Below are positions 53,512 through 64,000 of a stretch of DNA of 64,000 nucleotides, piece after piece. Within the stretch, counting starts at the first letter, position 1; each line of letters starts with the position of its first letter. The notes beneath the pieces were generated by a model, which had not been told where the DNA came from, made no database searches, and was given only the letters and a program-made list of their open reading frames with translations. The translations under genes and the position numbers were made by a program. Origin of the DNA: Octopus vulgaris (lineage: Eukaryota); NCBI GenBank assembly GCA_951406725.2, contig OX597820.1:46562001-46626000 (forward strand). Reading direction: 5' to 3'.

Positions 53512-54984
53512 CTGTAAACAACAGCAAAAACAATAAAAATAATATTTAATTTTATCTTCATAGAAAGGAGGGTCTGAACAAGACTCTCTAGATCACTCAC
53601 CTTTGATTTCAAACTGGACAAATGGAAAACTAACATGTATTGGCATTTCATCTTGAAGAGTGACCAATCTGATTTAAAACTTAGGCAAGCAGAACCTTAT
53701 TAACATTTTCAAGTAGGCTGTGCTGGGAAAGGAAACTCTAACCAATATTCTTAATAGTTGCCAAAGCTACTCTGAAGTATCTCTGGTCCAAACAAAAAAA
53801 ATGTTTCCATTTTCTGTTATGATTTTTGGTTTCATCATTAGAATTTAGATGGGCTGAAAAGTGAACCACCAATGAGGGATTCAGTTTATAAATAACGGAT
53901 TTCTATAAAAATGTACAATCCACAAATTTTTAAGGATAAGATTGATAATACTGGTACTTATTTTATTAATCCCTAGAAAGGTGAAAAGGCAGAAAAATCT
54001 ATGTCAGGAGAACCATGAATTCCCTAATATGGTGGATATCTATTATAGACTAATTTCCTCTGAGAGTGAAAAAGTATTGACAGAATATAAATAACAAAGT
54101 CTTAATTCAGTTCTGTGTGCACAGATGATAATCAGGTGAGAGGGTATTTTAGGAAAGGACAGTTAGTACCAAGTGATGACAGTTAATTACTATTTAGATT
54201 CACCTCCTGACATACAGAAATTAAATTCAATCTATAAACTATTATGCATAATAATTATGCTATGGAACCAAAAGTGATCTTTTAAAGATATGCAGGCTGT
54301 AGTGTTGGGTTTGTTTTAAAATGGTAAATATTGTTGATTCTAATAAAGTGGAAATGATAAATATAATAACAAAATAAACTTAATTATTTATAGTTACAGC
54401 AAAACATGAATACTAAGCTAGTGTCAAAATACAATAGCATTTATATCATAACATACTACAACTTAACAACATAAGCACAGTGAATATCTCAACTGAAAAT
54501 CTATCACTATAAGCCTCAAGATAGCAAAGGAGAATGGGCACCAGCCAGCCCAAAGGTTGGGGTGGTCTGCATCTGCCTACCTTTGTTGCTATGGCATTGA
54601 GGTAGATCTGGCCACCTCCGTTAACAGGGACAAAACCAGGGTTTAAAACACTGGATGATGATGATGATGATGACAAGCAACATCTCACCATGTGAGCCAA
54701 TGAGGGAAGCCTATTTGTAGTTAAAAACCTTCTAGAAATAACAGCCAACACCCCTCAAAAACTTAAAAACGAAGGGAAACATTGGACAATGTAGTCGCCG
54801 ATAAGATAATCCATAGTGGAATGTCTTGAAACAAGGGGTCATCTTGAAATGGAGCAACTTGAAGCGAAATAACACCACTCCATCAACATCGTTACTGCAA
54901 GTAATAACACAACTACCACCATGACTCACACCACTGCAATCAACACTAGTACCACCAGTAAGTAATACAACAAAAACGGCTCAC

Positions 54985-55170
54985 CTCATGACGTGCAGCA
55001 CCCTGCATCTTCTCAATGATCTCAGCTTTCTCATCAGAAGCATAGAGATTGGGAACAGCTCCAGTGTTAAGAATCATACTGATATCTTCCATAAAACTTT
55101 CATCTTTGATTTGGTTGTCAGAGAAGAGAAACACATGAGGCTTGGCATTGCACCCTGTACGTAATAACAA
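54985..55170 (-). CDS. DNAH3: Dynein heavy chain exon, AAA4
   Basis: LLLRTGCNAKPHVFLFSDNQIKDESFMEDISMILNTGAVPNLYASDEKAEIIEKMQGAARHE; cag/gtgag. Confidence 0.92.
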
Positions 55171-56079
55171 CTGTAATAGTGGAAATTATAGTCAGCATGA
55201 TAAACAACAAAATGTAATTCAAGTAGCAAACAGTTGATAAAATTACATGAGAGCACGTACATAGTCGGGTGGTCGGCGACTAAACTGGCAACCCCACCAA
55301 GCTTGCTTGGTGAGGAGGGCGTTTATTGGACACCCTGTGGGATGAAAAACAAAACTCATCAAAGGGAAGAGGAACTCTTGAGAGTCAACGGCCATCTAAT
55401 AAATGTCTTAAAGTTGTATCATGCACGGGGACATAGAAATAATCGGACTGAATACCCGATCGCGCGGTTAAACCATTGGGAGTGAAGGACTCCTAGCCTT
55501 TGTTAGGGCATCCTTCTAGAAGGTAACTCAGGTAACTGGGATAACTCCGACATAAAACCTGCGGCTCGGTGGTTACCGATGATGTTGACTTGTTCTTCTT
55601 TTCGTATTATGGCTGCTGTTGCTTAGTGAGTGGGATTGACTCAGTGCACAGCCTTTCTTCACTTTAAAAAAATTTTCTTGCACAGGCATTGCATGATAAC
55701 AACATTGATTAAGCTTCGTGCAATGGCCATACTTGATAACGAGGAGGCAGCCACCATATATATATGTATGTATGTATATATATATATATAAATTTAAGTC
55801 ACAATATATGGATTCAACTTATTCAATGGTACTCATAAAAAAAGCTCCTTAATGTATTATTCTACAAAACATATAGAATATATAGTACAAGAGAAAAACA
55901 CTCTTTATGTTTTCCTTTTGTATTGTTATTTATAATTATATATATATATATCATCCGACCCATGCTAGCATGGAAAGCGGATGTTAAACGATGATGATAT
56001 ATATATATATATATATACATATATATATAACCCATGCTAGCATGGAGAACGGACGTTAAATGATGATGATATATATATA

Positions 56080-56979
56080 CAAGGGGGTACCCAAAAGAAA
56101 CCGGAATTTTGCAATATTAATTTATTCACTTCGTTTTACATGTTTACATTTTTATTGCCTTCAAAATATTCCCCATTTGAAGCAATGCATCAGAACTGAA
56201 GCATTTTCCACTGTTCAAAGCAATGCTGGAACTCTTGTGAAGTGATGCCTTTTAATGCCTCCATCATTTTCTTCACCTCTTCCACATCCACACATTCTAT
56301 AGCACCACCTTTTCTCACCTGTGATGGCCTTCAGAAAAAGGTCCGGATCAACTTCCAACTGCTCTTTCAGTTCATGACATGCATTCACTTGTGACTGCTA
56401 TCGATCTGCCATGAGCAAGCAAGTCACAAATTTTGTTGCAACTCTTTTCATTTGTAATTCCTAGCACAATATTCATTGGCAGGAGCTGCAGGACACATCA
56501 TTCATATCAACAAGTTCATCCATTATTTGGTGACTGCCTTCCAAGATCAGTTCAAGAATTTTCGTGCTTTCATTTGTTCAGGAGGTCGACAGTCATCCTG
56601 AATGAGGTTGGTCCTCAAATGACAAGTGACCATTCCCAAAGTGTCGAAACCACTTGTAAACTTGTATTATGCTCATGGCAGCATCCTTGTATGCTGTTTG
56701 AAGCATGACAGCTGTTTCAGGTGCTGTTTTCCTCAGCAGAAAACAGAATTTCAAAGAAGCACACTGTTCCCCGGTTTCAGTCATTGCAAAAATCAACAAA
56801 CACTGGGGAAGCACTGCAAAACAAAGATGCACCATGTGGCAGTACAACTTCATTGGACAATACTGGATGGCATGCTGATGCCTGAAGGTTGCACCAAGTG
56901 GCTTCTAGCGATGGAAGCCTGAACTACAATGGGTTTGTTCCACAGAGAACATTTCCTATTACCTTTGGGTACCCTCTTG
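56080..56979 (-). mobile_element. Mariner relic with both TIRs
   Basis: caagggggtacccaaaag…ctttgggtaccctcttg; EQCASLKFCFLLRKTAPETAVMLQTAY…QVYKWFRHF. Confidence 0.8.
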
Positions 56980-57462
56980 TGTGTGTGTATATCATTATCA
57001 TCATCATCATCTTTTAATGTCCGCTTTCCATGATGGCATGGGTTGGATGGTTTGGCTGAGGACTGGCAAGCCAGAAAGCTGCACCAGGCTTCAATCTGAT
57101 CTGAAAAGGTTTCTACAGCTGGATGCTCTTTCTAATGTCAACCACTCCAAGAGTGTAGTGGGTGCTTTTTATATACCACCAACACAGGGGCCAGTCAGGT
57201 GACATGCATCAACCGTGCTCGAATGGTGCTTTTTACATGCCACCAGCACAAGTGCCAGTCAGGAGGCATTGTGGCATCAGTCACACTCAAATGGTGTTTT
57301 CACATGCCACTGGCATGGGTATCAGTCAGAAGGCACTGGCATCTGACTGAGAGTGAAAGAAAGAACGAGTACATGTGTGTATGCATGTATGTAAGCATGC
57401 ACATGTGTGAATGATTCAGAAAAGAAAAAGTAAGAGATTGTGAGAAAGAGAGAGACAGAAAC

Positions 57463-57587
57463 CTTCTTCAAATCCTCCTTCCACTCATTATTAGTGTAAT
57501 TACGTGTTATCTCAATTTGGAAAAGGTCATATTCAGCCATGTGGCAAGCCAGCTTGGTCACACTCTGTCGACCACTTCCTCCAATAC
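57463..57587 (-). CDS. DNAH3: Dynein heavy chain exon, AAA4 P-loop
   Basis: [42 protein letters not shown]; AG/GT boundaries, in phase. Confidence 0.92.
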
Positions 57588-57891
57588 CTAGGTATAAAAA
57601 GAAACAAAAAAAAAAAACAGTACAGAATTGAGTAAGACACAGTTACAGATACAGAATGAATTATTATCCAAAGGATATGTATGCATTGCTCAATTACATA
57701 GATAACTAATCTGAAAACTTACATATCAAATGTACGTATGTGTGTGTGTATGTGTGTGTGTACGCACACGAGTATGTGTATGTATGTGCATGTGTGCATA
57801 TAGGGTGTTTGAAGTGGTGTACATATATTGTATATTAAGAAAAAGGAGGTCGTCAGAACTATCCAAAATTCTAACTGCCTTCTTTTTCTTA

Positions 57892-57936
<45 letters not shown>

Positions 57937-58411
57937 CTATATATAAATATATATATAGTATATACATATATATATATAAATATATATGTATATGTATATC
58001 TATATATATACATATTTATATATACTATATAACTAAGCTAAGAGCATTAGATTCCTTGGAAGAAAGCAGCGAATGTATATGAAAACAAGGATATAAAAAA
58101 ATGAAGAAATGTTACACAAATGCAAATAACAGGACATAACATCAGGTGTACATTTGCTGCTTTCTTCCAAGGAATCTAATGCTCTTAGCTTAGTTTTTCC
58201 TTGGGGCTGGCCAGATTGGAGCAATCTCGAGTATAACCACCTGAAATGGCAAAGATGATCTGGAACTCGTCTGATGAAAGAAAACTCCGACTGACCCATC
58301 CTTGTTTCCTTTGTATCGTCTGTCTGGATGTTTTGTGTTCTTCTCCCATTTTTATATGTTTTATATATAAAACTATAGTGGCGTACATACACTTTGGTCT
58401 CTTATATGTAA

Positions 58412-58461
<50 letters not shown>

Positions 58462-59124
58462 ATATATGACAAGCTTCATTCAGTTTTATCAAGATTTCAT
58501 TACTTAACAGCATGCACAAGGCTTCCTCAAGGCACAAGTCACATATATTATCTGGCATATGTGACTTGTGCCTTGAGGAAGCCTCGTGCATTCTGTTAAG
58601 TAATGAAAACTTAGTAAACAAGGGTGCTGATAAAATACCAAGATGTTGTCACCGTGCCAAATTTGCCTTTTCCATATACAACACAGTAGAATAATAATTA
58701 TAATTCAGCAAAATTTCTCCCTCTCTCCTTCCCCCTATCCATGAGTGCGTGAGCCTGGTTGCATTTCTATATGTACGTATGCATGCCAGTCCACATCTCT
58801 AGTATGCATGGATGTATGTATCTATGCATGTGTATATGTATATAGATGTAAATATGTGTGCACTTGTGTATGTAAATGCATGTGTATGTACGTGTGTACA
58901 TATATTTGTATATGTGTATGTATATGTGTATGTATGTAGGTGCACGTACATATCTATATATGTGTGAGTGTGAGTATATATGTATATATGCATATGTATA
59001 TATATATAAATATATAGGGGGAGAATTCACAAAAAAAAACAAACGAAGAAATATATATATGCATATATATATATATAAATTACTTAAATTACTTAAATTA
59101 TTTTGTCAGCATTTTCTTCATTTC

Positions 59125-59176
<52 letters not shown>

Positions 59177-60105
59177 ATCAAAATAAGCAACAGGATATCA
59201 AGTAGGGATGCAGTACGACTGTTTCAAGTGACTCCATTTAATTGAACAATGCAATCATTGCATCGTTTAAATGTAGTGCTATCCTCGGCTGCACAAATAT
59301 ATAAATAGAATTTTAACAAAGGTGTCTCGTTTATATAATTTTTCTCAAATATTTTAACAGAGCAAGAAGATGGAAGAAATTCATGTGCGTGCATGCGTGT
59401 GCGTAAATATATATATATATAAATGGCTATCTGTAGAGATGACAATGATAACATCAGCAATGACAAATTAAGAGGCTAGTTGGCAGAAACATTAGCATGC
59501 CGGGTGAAATGCTTAGTGGTATTTCGCTTGCCATTATGTTCTGAGTTCAAATTACTCCAAGGTCGACTTTATCTTTTCGGGGCTGATAAATTAAGTACCA
59601 GTTATGCCCTGGAGTCGATGTAATCGATTTCATCCCTTTGTTTGTCCTTGTTTGTCCCCTCTATTTTTAGCCCCTTGTGGGCAATAAAGAAATAAGAGGG
59701 GAAATGAGGATAGGTTCTAACACTGCAGAGATAAAAGTCGAAAAACCTTTATATATTCCAGGTGCAACGAAATGTACAATCAAAGAAATCTATATCTATG
59801 TAGATCCTGCTATCCAAATGGCAGGATCTATGTAGACACACTTTTCTTTGATTGTATCTCTCTGAAGATGGACCTTTGCACTTGAAATATATAAAAGCTT
59901 TTCAAGTTCCAATTCTGCATTATTAGCTTTCCTCACTTCCCCTTTTCATTTATCATTCCACTTCTGTACTTCAATGCTTCAAGCAAACTACAACACTCTT
60001 CTTTCAACAACAATAATGATTACAATAACTACCACAATGATAGTCATAATGATGATATCAGTGGTGGCATTATCAATATCAAATATGAAAAACCATAGAA
60101 CTTAC

Positions 60106-60233
60106 CCACAAGGAGTACATGTCCATTGTCTTGCAGCAGAACTCGGCTGACCCTAGAGATGTGTTCTATAGCAAATTTGAACATCACTAACGACATAGGA
60201 CTTTTACTGTTGGCATTGCATTCATCCAGATAA
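60106..60233 (-). CDS. DNAH3: Axonemal dynein heavy chain (DNAH3-like), first exon in window, start of AAA4
   Basis: Translates [43 protein letters not shown]; cag acceptor and gtaag donor; phase joins the next exon. Confidence 0.9.
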
Positions 60234-61560
60234 CTGTAGGATTAGAAGAAGGTCACCTTGACATTATAATTCATTTTAGGTATACTCAATTATAATCAAT
60301 AGCAGACAATGACATTGGAGTTAAAAAACCTTCATTCAGAATTAATAAAACACTGTTTTTAGTTCTGAGTTGCAACTCTGAGATTTGATTTTGTTGTTAC
60401 TTAAAACCCTTGGTCAAACTAATTAAGCAGATCTATGATGAACGGCACTCCAAACATGATCCATTCCATCATTGTTTCAAGTATGACATATCCTAAGACC
60501 ATCGTTTACTTTTTGAAGACAGAAAGGAATGTATGAGCTGAAGGAGATTTGCTCTCCAATTCTAACAGTTTGTGCCACAACATAAAGGTTCACCAATTGT
60601 AGGATGTGATGTTGGCACTGGTTGGGTACCTCACATTTCCTTACATAGTTGCAGAATGGAAAAATAGCGGGAACAAGAATCTCCGAACAAATAACAATAA
60701 TAGTTTATTTCGCCGAAATAAGCATTTCATCTCTGGACATCGGTAGCCTGGACACCTTGGGGATGGAAGCAGCAGAGTTGGTTTAAATCACCATTGTGAA
60801 GGCATTCTTCACAGATTCACCTAAGTCGTATTTGCCTTTACACACAGCTTGTCTTGTTGCATCTAGTTCCATTGCCAGCAGGAGCAAAAAGAGAGAGAAT
60901 AATGGTAAAAACCTAGCTGCTGATGATGACAGCGCATGCACATAAGGGACTTCCGGTAGGCCTTCCAGAAGACTAATACTTGCGCATGCGTAGATGAAAA
61001 TCCCAAAATGGTGTCTGGAACCTGATATCACTACACTCAGGTTTGTATCAGGTCTAATGAGTTGGGGATCAAATATTTATTTGAAGTGTCAGTAGCTCTC
61101 CACCACCACTAACCAGTTATGTGTTGGCATCACTAAAATTGTAATGTGACCCTTACAAACACATTTATACATGCAATTAACCTATCTGCTTGTGTATAGA
61201 CGTCCTGAGTAGCCCGTCTACCTTGGATAGGCAAAACAGTCTGGAGAGATACAGTAATGATTGATCAGAAGTGGAAGCAATGCATACTTAACAAGTGTTT
61301 TGCTAGTTTGTTATGTTACCTCTAAATGCAATCAATGTAAACAGCCCTGAAACCCCAGATACTTAGCTTTAGTTTCATTATACAAAACAGATAAGAAATA
61401 AATATACTATTGGATAGAGAACCAGTCTATCACTAGGTAATATTCCAAGAGAATTAGATAGCACCATTATGGATGTAATTAAATAAAACCTGATATTTGT
61501 TTTAGTGTACCAAACTATAGATCTTGTTACTAGACAGGGCCAATAATAATAATAATAATA

Positions 61561-61609
<49 letters not shown>

Positions 61610-61866
61610 TAATCCTTTCTACTATAGGCACAAGGGGCCTGGATTTTGTTGGGAGGGGAACAGTTGATCACATTGACTGCAGTGTTCAACTGGTACTTAT
61701 TTCATCAAACTCAAAAAGATGCAAGGTAAAGTTGACCTCAGCAGAATTTATAATCAGAACATGAAGATGGACAAAATACCACAAGCATGTTGTCCTGCAT
61801 GCTAACAGTTCTGCCAACTAAGCATTTTGCCTGGTGTGTTAACAATTCTGCCAGCTCACCACCTTC

Positions 61867-61943
<77 letters not shown>

Positions 61944-62833
61944 TCTTTCTACTATAGGCACAAGGCCTGAAATCTTGGGTAAGGGGGCTATTGTTAACAT
62001 TGACCCCAGTGTGTAATTGGTACTTATTTTAACGCCGCATTTTGCATTCAGAACCCATGTCTCACTACCATGGAGTGTAGCCGTTCACATACAAGCATCA
62101 TACAGTCTACCTTTCACTCTGAGAGAGAGTCCTTTTTTTGCCAACAGAGATAATAGCTCTCTGAATTCCTACAACCTATTCTTTTTCTAGAAACAATACT
62201 TCCAGAGAACCCACCACCATTTACCAAGTTTAAAAGCATGGTATGATTTGCTTAAGTTAAAGTAGGCTAATGGTGAAACAAACTGTTATTTTCTTTGTTT
62301 CTAAATTCTGGTTAGTATTTTCAGGTGGCCACTAATAATAATTATTTTTATCACAAGCTGAACAAAGAACAATATACATTTCGAATACTTCTTTTTTTAA
62401 TTTTTATTTTATATGGCATTTTGTGAACAACTGCTTTGTTGTTTAGTGAGTCAATCACTAGTTTGCTTGACAATCTTGATTCTTGCAGCAACGTTACCTA
62501 TTGTAATTCAACTCCAATGTTACTATATAAGAAGCAATTTAACACCTCTATATCTAAGCAAAATAAACAAAGTAAAACTTATTTTCATTCGGTAAAGGCA
62601 GACCTGTGTAGTAGGAGTATAGTAACTTAACTGGAGTTCATTATGTTAGTGTTTGTTTTTCTATTGGAAGTCTTGGCTGACAACCTCTCTAGTGATGGTA
62701 ACATAACAACTGGGTGGTGGTAATTATGAGAGAGAGGTAAATAATGAAAAGTAATCCTAATGACATCAACAAGGCTAGTATTTTTAGAAAACTGGTCAAA
62801 TTCAGCAGGTATCTTGTGGAACAGCAGCCGCAG

Positions 62834-63000
62834 TGGAGGCGCAATGGCCCGGTGGTTAGGGTAGCGGACTCACGGTCGTATGAACGTGGTTTCGATTCCC
62901 AGTCCAGGCACCATGAGTGTTTATTGAGCAAAAACACCTAAGCTCCACAAGGCTCTGGTGGTGGGGTGGGGAACCCCACTGTACTCTTTCATCACAACTT
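62834..63000 (+). mobile_element. tRNA-derived SINE head
   Basis: tggcccggtggttagg A-box and ggtttcgattccc B-box followed by a non-tRNA body. Confidence 0.65.
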
Positions 63001-63296
63001 TCTCCCTACTTCTGCCACAAAGCAGAGGAACCATGGTGTAACCCACTATGGTGTAGTAAACTTTCAGGCCCTAGTCTAGATTGCGAATCCTCTGTACCCC
63101 AGGATGGTTCAGCTCTCCACCCATTAAAAGCCACTGTTTACAGAATGAGGATAATAACAAAGCTTTCACGCCCGTGCAACCGCCAGTCTATCACGTGTGG
63201 TGGCTTGATCTTCAAGTTGCAACACACATTCTTAGTAGCTTAGAGTAGGCTTGAATTAGAGATTATTCTTTGTGGCTAATGGCGTGAGTCCTGATT

Positions 63297-63470
63297 GGAG
63301 GAGGAGGAGGAGGAGGAGGAGGAGGAGGAGGAGGAGGAGGAGGAGAAGAAGAAGAAGAAGAAGAAGAAGAAGAAGAAGAAGAAGAAGAAGAAGAAGAAGA
63401 AGAAGAAGAAGAAGAAGAAGAAGAAGAAGAAGAAGAAGAAGAAGAAGAAGAAGAAGAAGAAGAAGAAGAA
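63297..63470. repeat. Compound (GAG)n(AAG)n microsatellite
   Basis: Direct reading. Confidence 0.95.
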
Positions 63471-64000
63471 AGCAGCTCAAGCCCAATCATAATCAAGCTA
63501 CTTCTGACCCTCAACAGTGAAGGAGATTAAAATGGACAAAAGAGAACAACAAATCATTGTTTGAATGTTATATTAGGAATGAGCGAGAGAAAAGAGGCTA
63601 TCAGAAAAGGTTACTAGAACTCTGGAAAAATATCACTATGAAGAGCTGAAAGATGTGATTGAACAAAGATTGGTTAATCAGATTAGACAAATTAAGATCA
63701 AAAAATGGTTAAAGAAGATGGAACAAGAGGAGACTATAATGGAAGAGTGAAAGGAACTGTAGGGAACTACTGATCCAGATGAAATGCTCATGGAACAGGA
63801 GAATCTACAGAACTTGGACATGGAGGGAGGGAATCCACCATATACAGAAGATATTAGCGTACCTCCAGCTAGAGAGTCACTGGAAAAAATTAGCCCAGAA
63901 TTAGCTGCTTTCATTGACACAATTCTGGAAATAATGTTTCTTGAGGGAAGGAAAAGGTTACCATCACTGAAGTCATGTAATAGAGCAAAGCTAAGACCAG

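Noticed and set aside
55958-56070. Duplicated ccatgctagcatgga…gttaaa…gatgat
   Set aside because: Two short 3' SINE tails in a TA tract; ordinary
57562-57587. AAA4 P-loop GIGGSGRQS lacks the Walker A lysine
   Set aside because: GxGGSGRQS is the usual AAA4 sequence in this class of axonemal dyneins, not a lesion
60783-61031. 82-aa minus-strand ORF as an additional dynein exon
   Set aside because: No resemblance to the dynein sequence expected upstream of AAA4
62834-62910. tRNA-like sequence (also the head at about 10905-10978)
   Set aside because: No proper acceptor stem; continues into a repeat body, so it is a SINE head
63500-64000. Possible non-LTR retrotransposon ORF remnant next to the (AAG)n tract
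   Set aside because: Purine-rich and coding-like, but broken and cut by the window edge; no diagnostic motif I can support

Overview
Eukaryotic, repeat-rich genomic DNA. The tRNA-derived SINE families and microsatellite style point to an octopus (coleoid cephalopod); this is an inference. The window lies entirely inside one minus-strand axonemal dynein heavy chain gene, most like DNAH3. I resolved 17 GT-AG exons (60233 down to 401, 3493 nt, about 1164 codons) that splice into one uninterrupted frame. They cover AAA4, the coiled-coil stalk and microtubule-binding domain, AAA5 and the start of AAA6. The introns hold SINEs, RTE/CR1 LINE remnants, Tc1/mariner relics, pogo- and piggyBac-type MITEs, a Helitron, a Penelope-like fragment and probable solo LTRs. 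Three things stand out. (1) About ten sequence-unrelated fold-back palindromes of 110-470 bp, mostly beside (TA)n tracts, many carrying minimal type I hammerhead-ribozyme-like motifs, including UUGANAA (U3-A8) core variants, at or next to the fold-back centre. (2) A dead partial copy of a dynein exon inserted into a SINE about 4.3 kb from its source, later hit by a second SINE at its splice donor. (3) Inverted MITE pairs bracketing exon blocks. All ribozyme and element-family calls were made by eye and need computational or biochemical confirmation.
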